Source: Octopus vulgaris (lineage: Eukaryota). From it: a stretch of 64,000 bases of DNA. The translations under genes were made by a program, and so were the position numbers. Where the stretch lies: contig OX597833.1 in the NCBI GenBank assembly GCA_951406725.2, positions 23,002,001-23,066,000 of the forward strand. The letters are read 5' to 3'. Below the pieces are notes generated by a model. The model searched no databases. It worked only from the letters and a program-made list of their open reading frames with translations, and was not told the DNA's origin. Below are positions 46,444-60,622 of this stretch, one piece after another. The stretch's first letter is position 1. The number at the start of each line of letters is the position of its first letter.

Positions 46444-46608
46444 CATACATATACACACACACACTGGTATGTGTATGTGTACATAGACCTATATAGACAC
46501 AACCTGCCACTTCCCCCTATTAGAACCTGACTGTATTGCTTAATACACAGGGGACAGGCACCTCCCCCTCACCCACCACCTCCAACCCCCACCTACCCCA
46601 CCCACTCT

Positions 46609-46661
<53 letters not shown>

Positions 46662-46727
46662 ACCTATTACACGTTCAGCCTCTTTGTTTTATTAGTATCC
46701 GTATGTTGTTAACGTGTTTATATATAT

Positions 46728-47175
46728 TGTGCCGGTGGCACATAAAAAGCACCGTCCGAACGTGGCCGATGCCAGCGCCGCCTTGGCTGGCTTCTGTGCC
46801 GGTGGCACATAAAAAGCACCAACCGAATGTGGTCGTTGCCAGTGCCGCCTCGACTGGCTTCTGTGCCGGTGGCACATAAAAAGCACCATCCGAATGTGGC
46901 CGATGCCAGCGACCCCTTGGCTGGCTTTGGTGCCGGTGGCACATTAAAAGCACCAACCGATCGTGGCCGATTCCAGACTCCCCGGCACCTGTGCCGGTGG
47001 CACGTAAAAAGCACCCACTACACTCGCGGAGTGGTTGGCGTTAGGAAGGGCATCCAGCTGTAGAAACACTGCCAGATCAGACTAGAGCCTGATGCAGCTC
47101 CTGGCTTCCCAGACCCCGGTCGAACTGTCCAACCCGTGCCAGCGCGGAAAACGGACGTTAAACGATGATGATGAT
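46728..47175 (+). mobile_element. SINE family C with internal ~65 bp tandem repeats and (GAT)n tail
   Basis: Five occurrences of GTGCCGGTGGCAC(A/G)T...AAAAGCACC, then GGTTGGCGTTAGGAAGGGCATCCAGCTG...GGACGTTAAACGATGATGAT. Confidence 0.8.
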
Positions 47176-47370
47176 ATATATATAGTGTGTGCGTGTATAC
47201 ACACTCATCTTTCTACAGTTTCTACACACCATTAACCAGCTTCCTTGGCACAGTTCCACACTGGCCTCCATGCCCTTTCACCCTTTCCTATTTGTCTGTC
47301 TGTGTGTCCTCCTCCCGATTGTGTGTCTATTTGCTTCTGTGCGCATGTGTGTGTCACTATGCCCCCACCC

Positions 47371-47430
<60 letters not shown>

Positions 47431-47435
47431 GTATA

Positions 47436-47830
47436 CTATCAGTATCGCCCGGCGTTGCTCGGGTTTGTAAGGGAAATAATTATATAAGCATTTTTAGAGA
47501 TGTAAAGTATAATAGCCATCTCAATATGGCTAACCACAAAGGGGGAGGGGTGTTACTGTAGCTTTTTACGTTCTGAGATTTAATAATAAATTTTAGAGAG
47601 TTACTTCCCTTATATATGTCAAAAATGGATTAAAAATGGGAAAAATTGATGGTAAATTTTTTTTTAAATCGTAGACTCATCGTAGACGCGCGCTAATACC
47701 CAGACGGTCTCGATATGAATCACGACTATAAGATACCCGGTTTTGGTTAAACTGCACCGCAAAATGTGGGAGTAGTTAGGAATCTAAATCGTAGGAGACA
47801 GACACACAACCTCACTTTTATATATAAAGA
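47436..47830 (-). mobile_element. Non-autonomous Helitron-like element
   Basis: Reverse complement of the 56234-56633 element; 5' TCTTTATATATAAAA, 3' hairpin CCCGAGCAACGCCGGG then ATAG (CTAG variant), inserted between A and T. Confidence 0.75.
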
Positions 47831-47930
47831 TTTCCTCTATTTACATAATATTGAGGTCTCTTTCTTTCTTTTGTTATCTTACTGTTTTTACCAATATACA
47901 TATATATATATATATAAATATATATATAGT

Positions 47931-48250
47931 TACAGAGATGTACTTGCATAGCAAGTGACTTGATCTGAGATCGTGTGCTGGAACGAAAACAGTTGCAGCG
48001 TTGAAGGTGTTTATAAGCCATTTAAGAAACACACAAAAACCGTTAGATTCACTTCAACATTTAAATTTAATTTGTCAAAATATTTTCGTCGCTTTGAGAC
48101 CGCGACCTGTTAGCACGATATTTTTGTCAGTGAACAGGTCGCGGTCTCAAAGCGACGAAAATATTTTGGCAAATTAAATTTAAATGTTGAAGTGAATGTA
48201 ACGGTTTTTGTGTGTTTCTTAAATGGCTTACAAACACCTTCCAGGCTGCA
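47931..48250. mobile_element. Penelope-like repeat in inverted arrangement
   Basis: ~47993-48111 is inverted at ~48133-48250; hammerhead-like fold at ~48123-48173 (+); same family as 5030-5225. Confidence 0.55.
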
Positions 48251-48620
48251 ATATATATATACACACATATATATATATGTATGTATGTATGTATGTGTGT
48301 ATATGTGTATGCATGTATGTGTGTGTGTGTGCGTGTCTGTGCTTGTGATTGTCCTCCACCACTGCTTGACAACGAATGTTGGTTTGTTTACATCCCTGTC
48401 ACCTAGTGGTTTGACAAAGGAAACAGATAGAATAAGTACAATGCTTACAAAAATAAAACTGGAGTTGATTCATTAAACTACAATTCTTCAAGGCATTGCC
48501 CCAGCATGGCCACAGACCAATGGCTGGAAAAAGCAGAAGAATAAAAGAATACATTCTCTGCTTTGGTCTTATGTTCAAGGCATGAGAAAGCTTGAGTTTA
48601 CATGAGAAGGCCTAACAGAT

Positions 48621-49093
48621 CTGGTAGAAACAGCAGCCAAATCTCCCTCAAATCACACCTTACTGTCTTATGTATGTATATATATATGAGCCAATGAGGG
48701 GGACCTCTACATGGTAGCTAGACTTGGTAGAAATAGCAGTCAAATTTCCCCCAAATCACACCTTACTGTCTTATCTATGTATATATGTATGTATGAGCCT
48801 ATGAGGGAGACCCCTACATGGCAGCTAGACCTGGTAGAAATAGCAGCCAAATTTCCCCCAAATCACACCTTACTGTCTTATCTATGTATATATGTATGTA
48901 TGAGCCTATGAGGGAGACCCCTACATGGCAGCTAGACCTGGTAGAAATAGCAGCCAAATTTCCCCCAAATCACACCTTACTGTCTTATCTATGTATATAT
49001 GTATGAGCCTATGAGGGAGACCCCTACATGGCAGCTAGACATGGTAGAAATAGCAGCCAAATCTCCCTCAAATCACACCTTACTGTCTTATCT
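48621..49093 (+). repeat. ~107 bp tandem repeat, ~4.5 copies
   Basis: TGGTAGAAATAGCAGCCAAAT...AAATCACACCTTACTGTCTTA recurs at ~48622, 48725, 48832, 48938, 49042. Confidence 0.9.
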
Positions 49094-49577
49094 TTCTGCT
49101 ACTTGGATATAGGTGTTATATTCGTCGTAAAAAACTTTCCTGTCACACACTCACGCACACGCACACGCACACAGACACGCACCCTCACACACACACACGC
49201 GCACACCCACACACACCCACTCACACACACGCACGTTAGCTTACAATTTTATTTATATATTTGCGTGTCTATGTGTTGAAAGAGGAAGTGGGAGGCAGAG
49301 TGAAAGAATCACTCACTACAGTAAGTCAATTACTTTCATTTTATTCGTTGCCCACTGTGTGTGTGCGTTTGCGTGTGCTGTAAACCAGACTAAGAAAAGC
49401 ATTTGACACACACACCAGAATGTGAGTTTTCTGTAAATTTTGCTTAATTGGAGTTTAAATTTTAAAAACTGGACCTGGCATGACGCGATGCATTGTACTC
49501 TTAAAAATGCAAGGTAAATTGTAATTGAAGAAATCCTATATTGTAGATTTGTATAACTCCCAAAGGGAGGCAGATAA

Positions 49578-49728
<151 letters not shown>

Positions 49729-49870
49729 ACGCACACACTCACCAACATTGTTCTGGAAGTTGAGGCCAAATCTTCTACACCTTAGTTGTATATAAAGTGT
49801 ATGTATACGTATGTGTGTGTGTGTGTTGTATATATGTATGTATAAGTATAAGCATACACAAGACGCTTCC

Positions 49871-49914
<44 letters not shown>

Positions 49915-49918
<4 letters not shown>

Positions 49919-50781
49919 TCTTTACTCTTTTACTTGTTTCAGTCATTTGACTGCGGCCATGCTGGAGCACCGCCTTTAGTTGAGCAAATCGACCCTGGGA
50001 CTTATTCTTTTGTAAGCCCAGTACTTATTCTATCGGCCTCTTTTGCTGAACCGCTAAGTGACGGGGACGTAAACACACCAGCATCGGTTGTCAAGCAATG
50101 CTAGGGGGACAAACACAGACACACAAACATATATACAACAGGCTTCTTTCAGTTTCTGTCTACCAAATCCACTTACAAGGTTTTGGTCGGCCCGAGGCTA
50201 TAGCAGAAGACACTTGCCCAAGATGCCACGCAGTGAGACTGAACCCGGAACCATATGGTTGGTAAGCAAGCTACTTACCACACAGCCACTCATATATATA
50301 TATATACACGCACATATATAGTGGCTGTGTGGTAAGTAGCTTGCTTCCCAACCACTTGGTTCTGGGTTCAGTTCCACTGCTGGGCACCTTGAGCAAGAGT
50401 CCTCTACTATAGCCTTGGACCGACCAAAGCCTTGTAAGTGGATTTGGTAAACAGAAACTGAAAGAAGGGTGGAGGGGTGCCTTTGCACCCTGTGCTGGAA
50501 GCCTGAAGGGTGTCAGGGAGGCTGCCCCCAAGGCAGTGAGCTGGCAGAAACGTTAGCAAGCCGGGCGAAATGCGTAGCTGTATTTCGTCTGCCATTACGT
50601 TCTGAGTTCAAATTCCGCCGAGGTTGACCTTGCCTTTTATCCATTTGGGGTCAATAAATTAAGTACCAGTTACGCACTGGCGTCGATATAATCGACTTGA
50701 TCCATTTGTCTGTCCTTGTTTGTCCCTTCTGTGTTTAGCCCCTTGTGGGTAGTAAAGAAATAGGTATATACATACATACAG

Positions 50782-50822
<41 letters not shown>

Positions 50823-51040
50823 GCTCACAAGGCTTTGGTCAGCCTGAGGCTATAGTAGAAGGTGCTTGCCCAAGGTACCATTCAGAGGGACTAAACCCAG
50901 AACCATGTGGTTGGGAAGCAAGCTTCTGACCACACAGCCCCCTTTATGGCACCTTTGGCAAGTGTCTTCTAGTATAGCCTCAGGTCAACCAAGTCCTTGT
51001 GAGTGGGTGCGGTAGATGAAAACTGAGAGAAGCTCACTGT
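49915..51040. mobile_element. SINE cluster: full family B (-) 49915-50290, family B head (+) 50320-50467, family A (+) 50535-50762, family B fragments 50820-51040
   Basis: Match to the recurrent families seen elsewhere in the window. Confidence 0.8.
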
Positions 51041-51047
51041 TTCTATA

Positions 51048-51102
<55 letters not shown>

Positions 51103-51447
51103 AGAGAGAGAGAAAAAGTCATCAGAATTTCGTGAAAAAAATGTTTCTATTTCTTCATTATTATGACTAGTTTCAAAGTCACTGTTCTTCATCAGTCTGG
51201 AATATATATGTATGTATACACATACATATATATATATGTGTGCATGTATGTATGTGTGTATAAACACACATACATATGTATATACATATATATATGTAGA
51301 TTGATATGAACACACAGGCTTTTGTGTTGGAACAAGAATTAAGTTCTCAAAGACTGTTGGATTAAAATTCCTGCAAAATGCATCACATACATGTGTGTAT
51401 ATATATGTATATACATATACTTATGTGTGTGTGTGTATGTACTTGTT

Positions 51448-51478
<31 letters not shown>

Positions 51479-51543
51479 GCCTATGCACATATGTATATAT
51501 ATATATATACAGGAGTATACATAAATATGTAATAATTCGTGTT

Positions 51544-51574
<31 letters not shown>

Positions 51575-52154
51575 GTTGTATGCATATAGTTGTTTAGATT
51601 CTGTGTAGATTATGTTATAATGTTGATTACGGAAAATTGGGCGTTATATATTTGCTATTGGAGAAAGCAACATCTAATTTGAAAATAATGAAAGAATTGT
51701 CGATACATACACATGTACATATTACATTCATATTAATGCTTACATGTGTATATATGTATGTATATATCATAATTTAATGACCTTCCCATGTTGGCATTGG
51801 TTGGACTGTTTGGCAAGAACAGAGAAGCTGGAGGGCTGTTTTGGCATGGTGTCTACAGCTGGGTGCCCTTCCAAACATCCTTCCATCCTGAATAGAATGT
51901 ACTGGGCACTTTCTGCTTGGCCACAGCACTGGTGTATTCAGTACCTTACCCAGAAGATAAGGCCCTTCAACAAAGAAATGTTAAGGACTGGCAAAAGACA
52001 CAATGAAAGATGGGGATGAGGAGCTGCTGTTCTAGAATTTTTAGCTTCAAGGAATATGTTCTGCTAGTGGTTACCATCTTTCCTTTTAATTCACTTTCAG
52101 ACACCAGCTAACCACCACGGGCCTTTTGTGGCACTTGATCATTATTAATGATAA

Positions 52155-52808
52155 GCGCAGGGGTAACTCTGTGCTAAGAAGCATTCCCAACCGCATGGTT
52201 CCAGGTTCAGTCCCACTGCATGGCATCTTGGGCAAATGCCTCCTACTATAAGCCTCAGAATGACAGGTGGCGAGCTGGAAGAAACGTTAGCGCACCAGGC
52301 GAAATGCTTAGCGGTATTTCGTCTGTCATTACGTTCTGAGTTCAAATTCCGCCAAGGTCGACTTTGCCTTTCATCCTTTCGGGGTCGATTAAATAAGTAC
52401 CAGTTTCGCACTGGGGTTGATATAGTTGACTTAATCCCTTAGTCTGTCCTTGTTTGTCCCCTCTGTGTTTAGCCCCTTGTGGGCAGTAAAGAAATATATA
52501 AGCCTCAGGCTGACCAAAGCCTTGTGAATGGATTTGGTAGACAGAAACTGAAAGAATCCCATCATATATATGTGTATTTATTTATTTATGTGTGTCTTTT
52601 TGTCTGTGTTTGTCCCTCACCATCACTTTGACAACCAGTGTTGGTGTGTTTACATCCCTATAACTTATCGGTTTGGCAAAAGAGATTGATGGAATAAGTG
52701 CCAAGTTTGCAGAGTACAAGTCCTGGGGTTGATTTAATTCAAATAAAGATTCTTTGAGGTGGTGCTCCAGCATGGCTGCAGTCAAATGACTGAAACAAGT
52801 AAAAGAAT
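52155..52808 (+). mobile_element. SINE family B with a family A SINE (52265-52496) nested inside
   Basis: Target-site duplication TATAAGCCTCAG at 52247-52258 and 52497-52508. Confidence 0.85.
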
Positions 52809-53198
52809 ACATCATTGTCATCATCCAACATTCCTTTTCCCTTGCCGGCATGGGTTGGACGGTTCGACAAGATCATGTGACTCAGAGGGCTCTGCCAGGT
52901 TCTATGTCTACCTTGGCAAGGTCTCTGCAACTTGTTACCATTCCTATCACTGGACACTCTTCTACATGGTGCACCTGCCCCAGTGAGGTCACCATGTACT
53001 GGCAAAATAAGACCAACCACTCTTGTTTTCATCATTGTTGAACGTCCCATGTTCCATGCTGGCATGGATGGGGCTAGGGTTTCGCAGAATCAAATGGGTC
53101 CAAAGACAGCATTGTCCTCAAGGGTCTGCTTTTGGGATGCCCTTTATGGTTAGGGTGCCCTTCCTAGTGCCAAACTGTTGGCAGTGTGGCCTGGATGC

Positions 53199-53400
<202 letters not shown>

Positions 53401-54419
53401 CGCCAATCCACTTATGCATTCCTTTCCTTCTTGGGACACAAAACTCTACTCGTGAAGACCTGTTGAGCCAGCGCCGCCCTAACTGGCCTCTCCATGCTGG
53501 TTGCACGTAAAAAGCACCATCCGATTGTGGCTGTTGCCAGCCTTGTCTGGGCTCTGTGCCGGTGGCATGTAAAAAGCACCATCCGATCGTGGCCGTTTAT
53601 TCATGGCTACAGGATTAGTGAGGCTATCTTGATGTGTATATATATGTGTATGTTTGTGTGTCATCAGCATCCTCATTGTTTAAAGTCTGCTTTCCATGCT
53701 GGCATGGGTTGGACAGCCGGTCTGAGGACTGGCAAGCCAGGAGGCTGCACCAGGCTCCAATTTGATCCAGCAAGGTTTCCACAGCTGGATGCTCTTCCTA
53801 ACGCCAACCACTCCATGAGTGTAGTGGTTGGTATATGTGTCTGTGTGCGTTGTGTTGGTTTGTTTACACCCCTAAACTTAGCAGCTCAACAAAAGTGACC
53901 AATAAAAATAAGCGCAAAGGTCAATGGGTGGGCAGAGGCTGGGGTGCAATTTGTCCAACCAAACATTCCAAAGTGGTGCCCCAGAATGGTCACAGCACAG
54001 TCCAACAACTGAAACAAGCAAAAGATACAAGAATATTACCAATCTATTGCCAATATAGTATCAATCTAGAACTAATCAATAACTAATCAGTGCCTTGACA
54101 ATATTATTTCATGGTTTATTTCTGAAACAACAAGCAATTTCTCTCCATTTTGGCTCTGCTCTTTTATTTGTTCTGTGGTTTGATCTACACCCTCTATTGA
54201 ATACTTTATGAACTGTTGTTTATTATATACATCATGCACACGCACACCCCATGTTTACACAATACTCTGTGTTCACTTGTTTGCTGCAAAATACAGCGCA
54301 TATGTATATATATATATATATGTATGTATGTATATATGTATATATATATATAGTAGCTGAAGGTGACCCGCTCTACGCGCGGGTAAGAGTGTGGGTGTTA
54401 CTTTCTGTTGCTTCCTTTC

Positions 54420-54730
54420 AGCACGTAAAAGGCACCATCCGAACGTGGCCGATTGCAGCACCGCCTTGACTTGCTTCTGTGCTGGTGGCACGTAAAAAGC
54501 ACCAACCGATCGTTGCCACTGCGAGCGCCCCCGGCACCAGTGCCGGCGGCACGAAAAAAGCACTCACTACACTCACAGTGTGGTTGGCGTTAGGAAGGTC
54601 ATCCACCTGTAGAAACACTGCCAGATCAGACTGGAGCCTGGTGCAGCCTCCTGGCTTCCGAGACCCCGGTCACACTGCCCAACCCGTGCTAGCACGGAAA
54701 ATGGACGTTAAACGATGATGATGATGATGA
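54420..54730 (+). mobile_element. SINE family C
   Basis: GCACGTAAAAAGCACC repeats and ...GGACGTTAAACGATGATGATGAT tail. Confidence 0.8.
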
Positions 54731-55728
54731 TTCTCCGTATTTGTTTCTCTCTCCTTTCTCTCTCACTTTCCCACTCTCTTACTTTTCTTTTCTCTCTGAC
54801 TCTCCCTCGCTTTCTCTTACTCTCTATCTTTATCTATCTCTCTCCCATTTATAAACAACAGAAGATCTTGAGTAAGTTGAGAAATAAAATATTTAGAAAG
54901 ATCAATCAGAAATATGAGGCAGTGGCAATGGAAAGGTCTGCTTCAAGGCAGACAGCAAAACGCTAACATTCAAAAGGGACAGACGAACTTGCGAGCTGAA
55001 TAAAAATAATAAAATATTGGAAAGCAAAGTTTGAAGGGATAGAATCTGAGGATAGTAGAGTCACCATGGCTGGCATTTGTTAACGACGGACAGCAACATA
55101 GTGACAGTTTAACGGCTGGCGTAAAATTTTGAACTTGATGTAAAAGAAAATTCGTAAACACCAAGTTTTGAAGTGATTCTTTCTCACGACAGTAGACTCA
55201 GCATGGCAAGCATTGAAAACTTCTTTATCATGGACGGCAACACATTGACGATTAAAAGGCTGGCGCAAATTTTTTAGCTTGATGCAACAGAGAATTCCTA
55301 AACACCCGCTCTTTGAAATTTTAATCCCCTTCCAGCCCCATTTAGACCCCTTTTCACATTTTGGTTAATATAACCCGATTTCATTCGGGTGTACTGGGGC
55401 CACATTTTATAAGATGAGGAATTTTGTCCTAGAGGTGACGCCTTTCATTTGATGAACAAAATAGTTGTGATGCAAACTTGTCAGCACCTTTAACATAGGT
55501 GTGCATATTTTCAGGTGAATCGACCGACTACGTAATGCACACATATATATATGTGTATATATATATATGTGTGTGTGTGTGTGTGCACGCATTATATATA
55601 CAAATGTATACAAATGAGATATATATCTGTATAAATTAAATTAGAGATAAAACCACTAATAGGCAAATCAAACAGTGAAAAACCAAAAACAAAAATATAA
55701 AAAAAGAAAATATAACATAGAAAATATA

Positions 55729-56633
55729 TCTATATATATAAAACTGTAGTTGTGTGAGTGTCTGTCCCCTTCGATTTAGATTCCTAACTACTCCCAAATT
55801 TTGCGTTGCAGTTTAACCAAATTCGGGTATCTTATAGTCGTGATTCATATCGAGCCCGTCTGGGTATTAGCGCGCGTCTACGATGAGTGTACGATTTTAA
55901 AAATAATTTAACATCATTTTTTATTCCATTTTAATGCATATTTTTTCGTGTGTCGATGGCGGCGGAGTTGGCGTCCACGCTCACGCCTGCACCTGTGTTG
56001 CTTCTCCCCCTTCTTCCCTCCCTCGTGAAGCTGTGGGGAAGGGAGTGTAAGGAAATCAACGTCGTAATGTGTTGTGGAGGAGACCAGCGTTCTTTTAGAA
56101 CAACGACTTCATGGCTTGAAGTCGCCAAAACAGAAATCGCTAAAAAAGCTGAAACAGATCCACAAAAACGGCAAAAACCACCACACAGGGCAGGTTTCCT
56201 GTGCAAACAATTTGCACAAATTTGTTGCACAAATCTTTATATATAAAAGTAAGGTTGTGTGTCTGTCTCCTACGATTTAGATTCCTAACTACTCCGACAT
56301 TTTGCGGTGCAGTGTAACCAAAACCGGGTATCTTATAGTCGTGATTCATATGGAGCCCTTCTGGATATTAACGCGCGTCTACGATGAGTCTACGATTTAA
56401 AAAAAAATTTACCATCATTTTTTATTCCATTTTAATGCATTTTTCGCTATTATATAAGGGAAGTAACTCTCTAAAAATGTCTACGATGAGTCAACGATTT
56501 AAAAAAGAAATTACTATCATTTTTTATTCCATCTTTAATGCATTTTTTGCTATTTTTTTTGCTATAACTCACTAAAAATGCTTATATAGTTATTTCCCTT
56601 ACAAACCCGAGCAACGCCGGGCGATACTGCTAG
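55729..56633 (+). mobile_element. Compound non-autonomous Helitron-like element with two 5' ends
   Basis: A|TCTATATATATAAAA at 55729 and A|TCTTTATATATAAAA at 56234 each start a ~200 bp related segment; single 3' end CCCGAGCAACGCCGGG-CGATACTG-CTAG|T at 56633. Confidence 0.75.
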
Positions 56634-56779
56634 TAAAATATAAAATTGAAAACTTTAAATTATTTAAATTGAAAATGAAAATTATGAAATTATATTCATA
56701 ATTTGTTTTAAAATATATATAACTATGAAAAAATATGAAAATGTTTAATATACATAAATACAGATATATACACTTTGTA

Positions 56780-57082
56780 TATATACATTATATATACATA
56801 TTTATATATAGAACACACACACACACACATACATTATATATACATATTTATATATAGAACACACACACACACACATACATTATATATACATATTTATATA
56901 TAGAACACACACACACACACACACACATACATTATATATACATATTTATATATAGAACATACACACACACATACATTATATATACATATTTATATATAGA
57001 ACACACACACACATACATTATATATACATATTTATATATAGAACACACACACATACATTATATATACATATATATATATAGA

Positions 57083-57112
<30 letters not shown>
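56780..57112. repeat. ~40 bp minisatellite built from microsatellite motifs
   Basis: ATACATTATATATACATATTTATATATAGAA(CA)n repeated ~7 times. Confidence 0.9.
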
Positions 57113-57115
<3 letters not shown>

Positions 57116-57672
57116 AATGAACGCAAGAATATCTGATTCATAATATTTGTTCTCATGCTCGTGTGTTGATTGTTGGTGACAGACATACACTTAAAAGAAC
57201 GCCGCCGAAGTGATAGGAAGGTAGGAAACAGAGTCAGTGAAAAAGAAAGGAAATAGCGATAGTGACAGATACTTTAAATAACCGGAGTGGACTTCTGAAA
57301 GTTATGAAGAGGAGTAAGAGAGGGAAAGGAGGAAATAGGGTGAGTGAGGAAGATGGCCCCTAGCAACCACACCTTTTAAGATAGGGATTTGTAAGGTAGC
57401 CCACGCGCATCGTCACCTCATTCTACATGTCCCTGTAAATTTTGGAGCGAATCGGACGGGATGTAAGTGGCATTGAAAGCGATCCAAGCGGTAAAAACGC
57501 ATTTCAGTTTTATATATAGAGATATATATGTATGTATATATATATATGTATATATATATATGTAGATATATATTTATGTATATATGTGTGTATATATATA
57601 TATATGTGTGTGTGTATATATATATATATATGTATGTATATATATATGTATATATCTATATATATGTATATA

Positions 57673-58035
57673 TACTAAGTAATTAAGGGTTTAGCAACGA
57701 ATTGCCTCACCAACACACCGAATTTAGAAATAGCAGTCAAAGAGATATAGCTATTCCTTCTACTAAAAGGGGTATCTCAGTAAAAACACAGCACCTGAAA
57801 GGCAAACACAGACAGGTAAGAAAGAAAGAAAGAACTGAGATCCCCCTTTTAGTTGAAGGAATAGCTATATCTCTTTGACTGCTATTTCTAAATGCGGTGT
57901 GTTGGTGAGGCAATTCGTTGCTAAACCCTTAATTACTTAGTATTACTTAAATTTTCCTCGAATGGGGCTTTTACATGCCGAAATCTACTTGGTGTAATTG
58001 ATAATTATCCCTAATTAATTAATTTCACCCTTTAT
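57673..58035. repeat. Long inverted repeat (~108 bp arms, 57673-57781 / 57834-57942) with one-sided extension
   Basis: TACTAAGTAATTAAGGGTTTAGC...TATCTCAG mirrored by CTGAGAT...AAACCCTTAATTACTTAGTA around a ~50 bp spacer. Confidence 0.8.
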
Positions 58036-58039
58036 TATT

Positions 58040-58084
58040 ATATGTATATATATATATATATATGTATGTATATATGTGTGTATA

Positions 58085-58127
<43 letters not shown>

Positions 58128-58128
58128 G

Positions 58129-58161
<33 letters not shown>

Positions 58162-58228
58162 GTGTATATATATATATGTATGTATATATGTGTGTATATA
58201 TATATATGTATGTATATATATATGTATG

Positions 58229-58261
<33 letters not shown>

Positions 58262-58318
58262 GTATGTATATATATATATGTGTATGTATATATATATGTA
58301 TGTGTATATGTATATATA

Positions 58319-58366
<48 letters not shown>

Positions 58367-58378
58367 CACACATATTCA
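58040..58378. repeat. Compound (TA)/(TG)/(TATG) microsatellite
   Basis: Directly visible. Confidence 0.95.
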
Positions 58379-58828
58379 TATGTTTATGTACACACCTGTG
58401 TTTATATTCATAAACATAGGTGTATAAATATGGCATGGCTGTGTGCTAAGAAGCTTGCCTCCCGACCACATGGTCTCATGTTCAGTCCCACTGCATGGCA
58501 ACTTGGGTTAAGTGTCTTCTACTATAACCTCGGGCAGACGAAAGCCTTCTGAGTGGATTTGATAGAAGGAAACTGAAAGAAGCCAGTTGTCTGTTAAACT
58601 ACCTTTCTCTTTATTAATGTCCTGAATATTCCACACAGCCTTGGCCTTGTCGTCTCCTTTTATTTCATATATACATTCTCATACAAGACCCGCTTTCGAT
58701 TCCTCACGCATATTATTATCAAACTGAGAGTTTCATTACTGTCCTTACATAGACATACCTGCCACCTTCAATCTTCTGGATACCAATACCTCTTATGTAT
58801 GTATATGCATTTATATATACATATATTC

Positions 58829-59210
58829 GTCGAGGAATGTGAAGACGCAGGCTGGAAAGCGGAACATTTTCCTATCGAAGTCGGATGTAGAGGGTTTGTT
58901 GGACACAGCGTGAGACGACTGTTGTTATCGCTAGGCCTAACTCATCGTAAAGTCAATACCACCATGACTAATATCCAATCTACAGTAGAGAAGGCTAGCC
59001 ACTGGATTTGGTTAAAAAGAGACGATGAGCGATGGCTAGAAGTATATTGAGTTCCTCATAACCAGCTGATCTAGCAAGCGGAGCCTCATATCAGTGAGGT
59101 GGGGCTGGTGCGCATTGATGCCGTCAAGAGGTCGGCCCCGAAACGGCGTGCATTCTCTCCTGATGACCCCATACACTTGCTAGCTTCCGGTATACAGAGC
59201 TTTTAACTGG
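58829..59210 (+). mobile_element. 3' end of a second RLE-type non-LTR retrotransposon (HERO/NeSL-like), 5'-truncated
   Basis: EECEDAGWKAEHFPIEVGCRGF...VEKASHWIWLKR..W* (stop at 59050) matches the C-terminal pattern of HERO-type elements; followed by a putative 3' UTR. Confidence 0.7.
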
Positions 59211-59259
59211 TAGCACTTGCATGTGCAAGTTGTTTGCAAGACATATGTGTGTGTGTGTA

Positions 59260-59640
59260 TGCTGGTGTCACGCAAAAAGCAGCCACTACACTCTCGCTTG
59301 GAGTGGTTGGCATTAGGAAGGGCTTACAGCTGTAGAAACTTGCCAGATTGGATTGGAGCCTGGTGCAGCCTTCTGGCTTGCCAGCCCTCAGTCAAACTGT
59401 CCGACCCATGCCAGCATGAAAAGCATATGCTAAACAACGATGATGATAATATGTGTGTGTGTGTGTGTGTCATAATCATTATTTAACGTCCGCTTTCCAT
59501 GCTAGCATGGGTTGGACGGTTCAACTAGGGTCTGGGAAGCCAGAAGGCTGCACCAGGCCCAGTCTGATCTGGCAGTGTTTCTACAACTGGATGCCCTTCC
59601 TAACGCCAACCACTCCATGAGTGTAGTGGGTGCTTTTTGT
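59260..59640. mobile_element. Two family C SINE 3' parts, tail-to-tail
   Basis: 59260-59450 (+) ends GATGATGAT; 59470-59640 is the reverse complement. Confidence 0.75.
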
Positions 59641-59659
59641 CTACCTTCCTATTTTTTTA

Positions 59660-60194
59660 AAATTTTGTTTTTTGCTAGGTTGACTCTAAGGCCCTTCGAT
59701 TCTAAACCTTGCTTCCACACCTGAAACTTCTCCAGTTCTGATAGTGACTCAGCAATTAGAGCAAGGTCATCAGCATAGAGGAGCTCCCAGGGGAATCCTG
59801 TCTTGAATTCCTCCGTTATTGCCTGGAGGACTATGAGAAATAGGAGGGGGCTGAGGACTGAACCTTGGTGGACCCCAACCTCTACCTAGAATTCTTCACT
59901 GTACTTGTTGCCAACCCTCACCTGACTAACAGCGTCCCTGTACATGACTCGTACAGCTCTCACTAACCATTCATCTATCCCTAGTTTCCTCATTGACCAC
60001 CAGATAAGTGATCGGGGAACCCTGTCAAAGGCTTTCTCCATGTCAACGAAAGCTAGGTATTTCTCCTGCAGCTGTCTCACCAGAAATATGGCATCAGTGG
60101 TGCTTTTCCCCGGCACAAAATCAAACTGCATCTCGTCCAAGTTGACTCTCTCCCTAATCAGTTGGGCTATGACCCTCTCCGTAACCTCCATGTG
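59660..60194 (-). mobile_element. RTE-clade LINE reverse transcriptase fragment (pseudogene)
   Basis: QFDFVPGKSTTDAIF...AFVDMEKAFDRV...*VEVGVHQGSVLSPLLF...LLYADDLAL; contains an internal stop. Confidence 0.92.
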
Positions 60195-60262
60195 TATATA
60201 TATATATGTGTGTGTGTGTGTGTATATATATGTATGTATATGTGTGTTTATATATGTATGTT

Positions 60263-60303
<41 letters not shown>

Positions 60304-60345
60304 TCATCATCATCGTTTAACGTCCGTTTTCCACGCTAGCATAGG

Positions 60346-60387
<42 letters not shown>

Positions 60388-60622
60388 GCATACATATTTA
60401 TGCAAGGTGACTGTTTTGAAGAGACAATGTTAAAACTTAGATAAACAAGTTATCTTTTATTAATTATAACGAGTCTGAGAACTTTTTGATAGCACCTCGT
60501 ATGTACATAAATGTGTATGTATCTATGCCTCTGTATATCTTGGAATACACTAAATGCTTGTATTGTGCCTTTATATATTTCTAAATACTTTTTCTTCTTT
60601 CTCTTCCAGGTGCCCCACTTAC

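Noticed and set aside
59125-59172. GAAAC ... CTGATGA in the HERO-like 3' UTR as a hammerhead
   Set aside because: The flanking sequences (CCCC and CCCC) cannot form stem II
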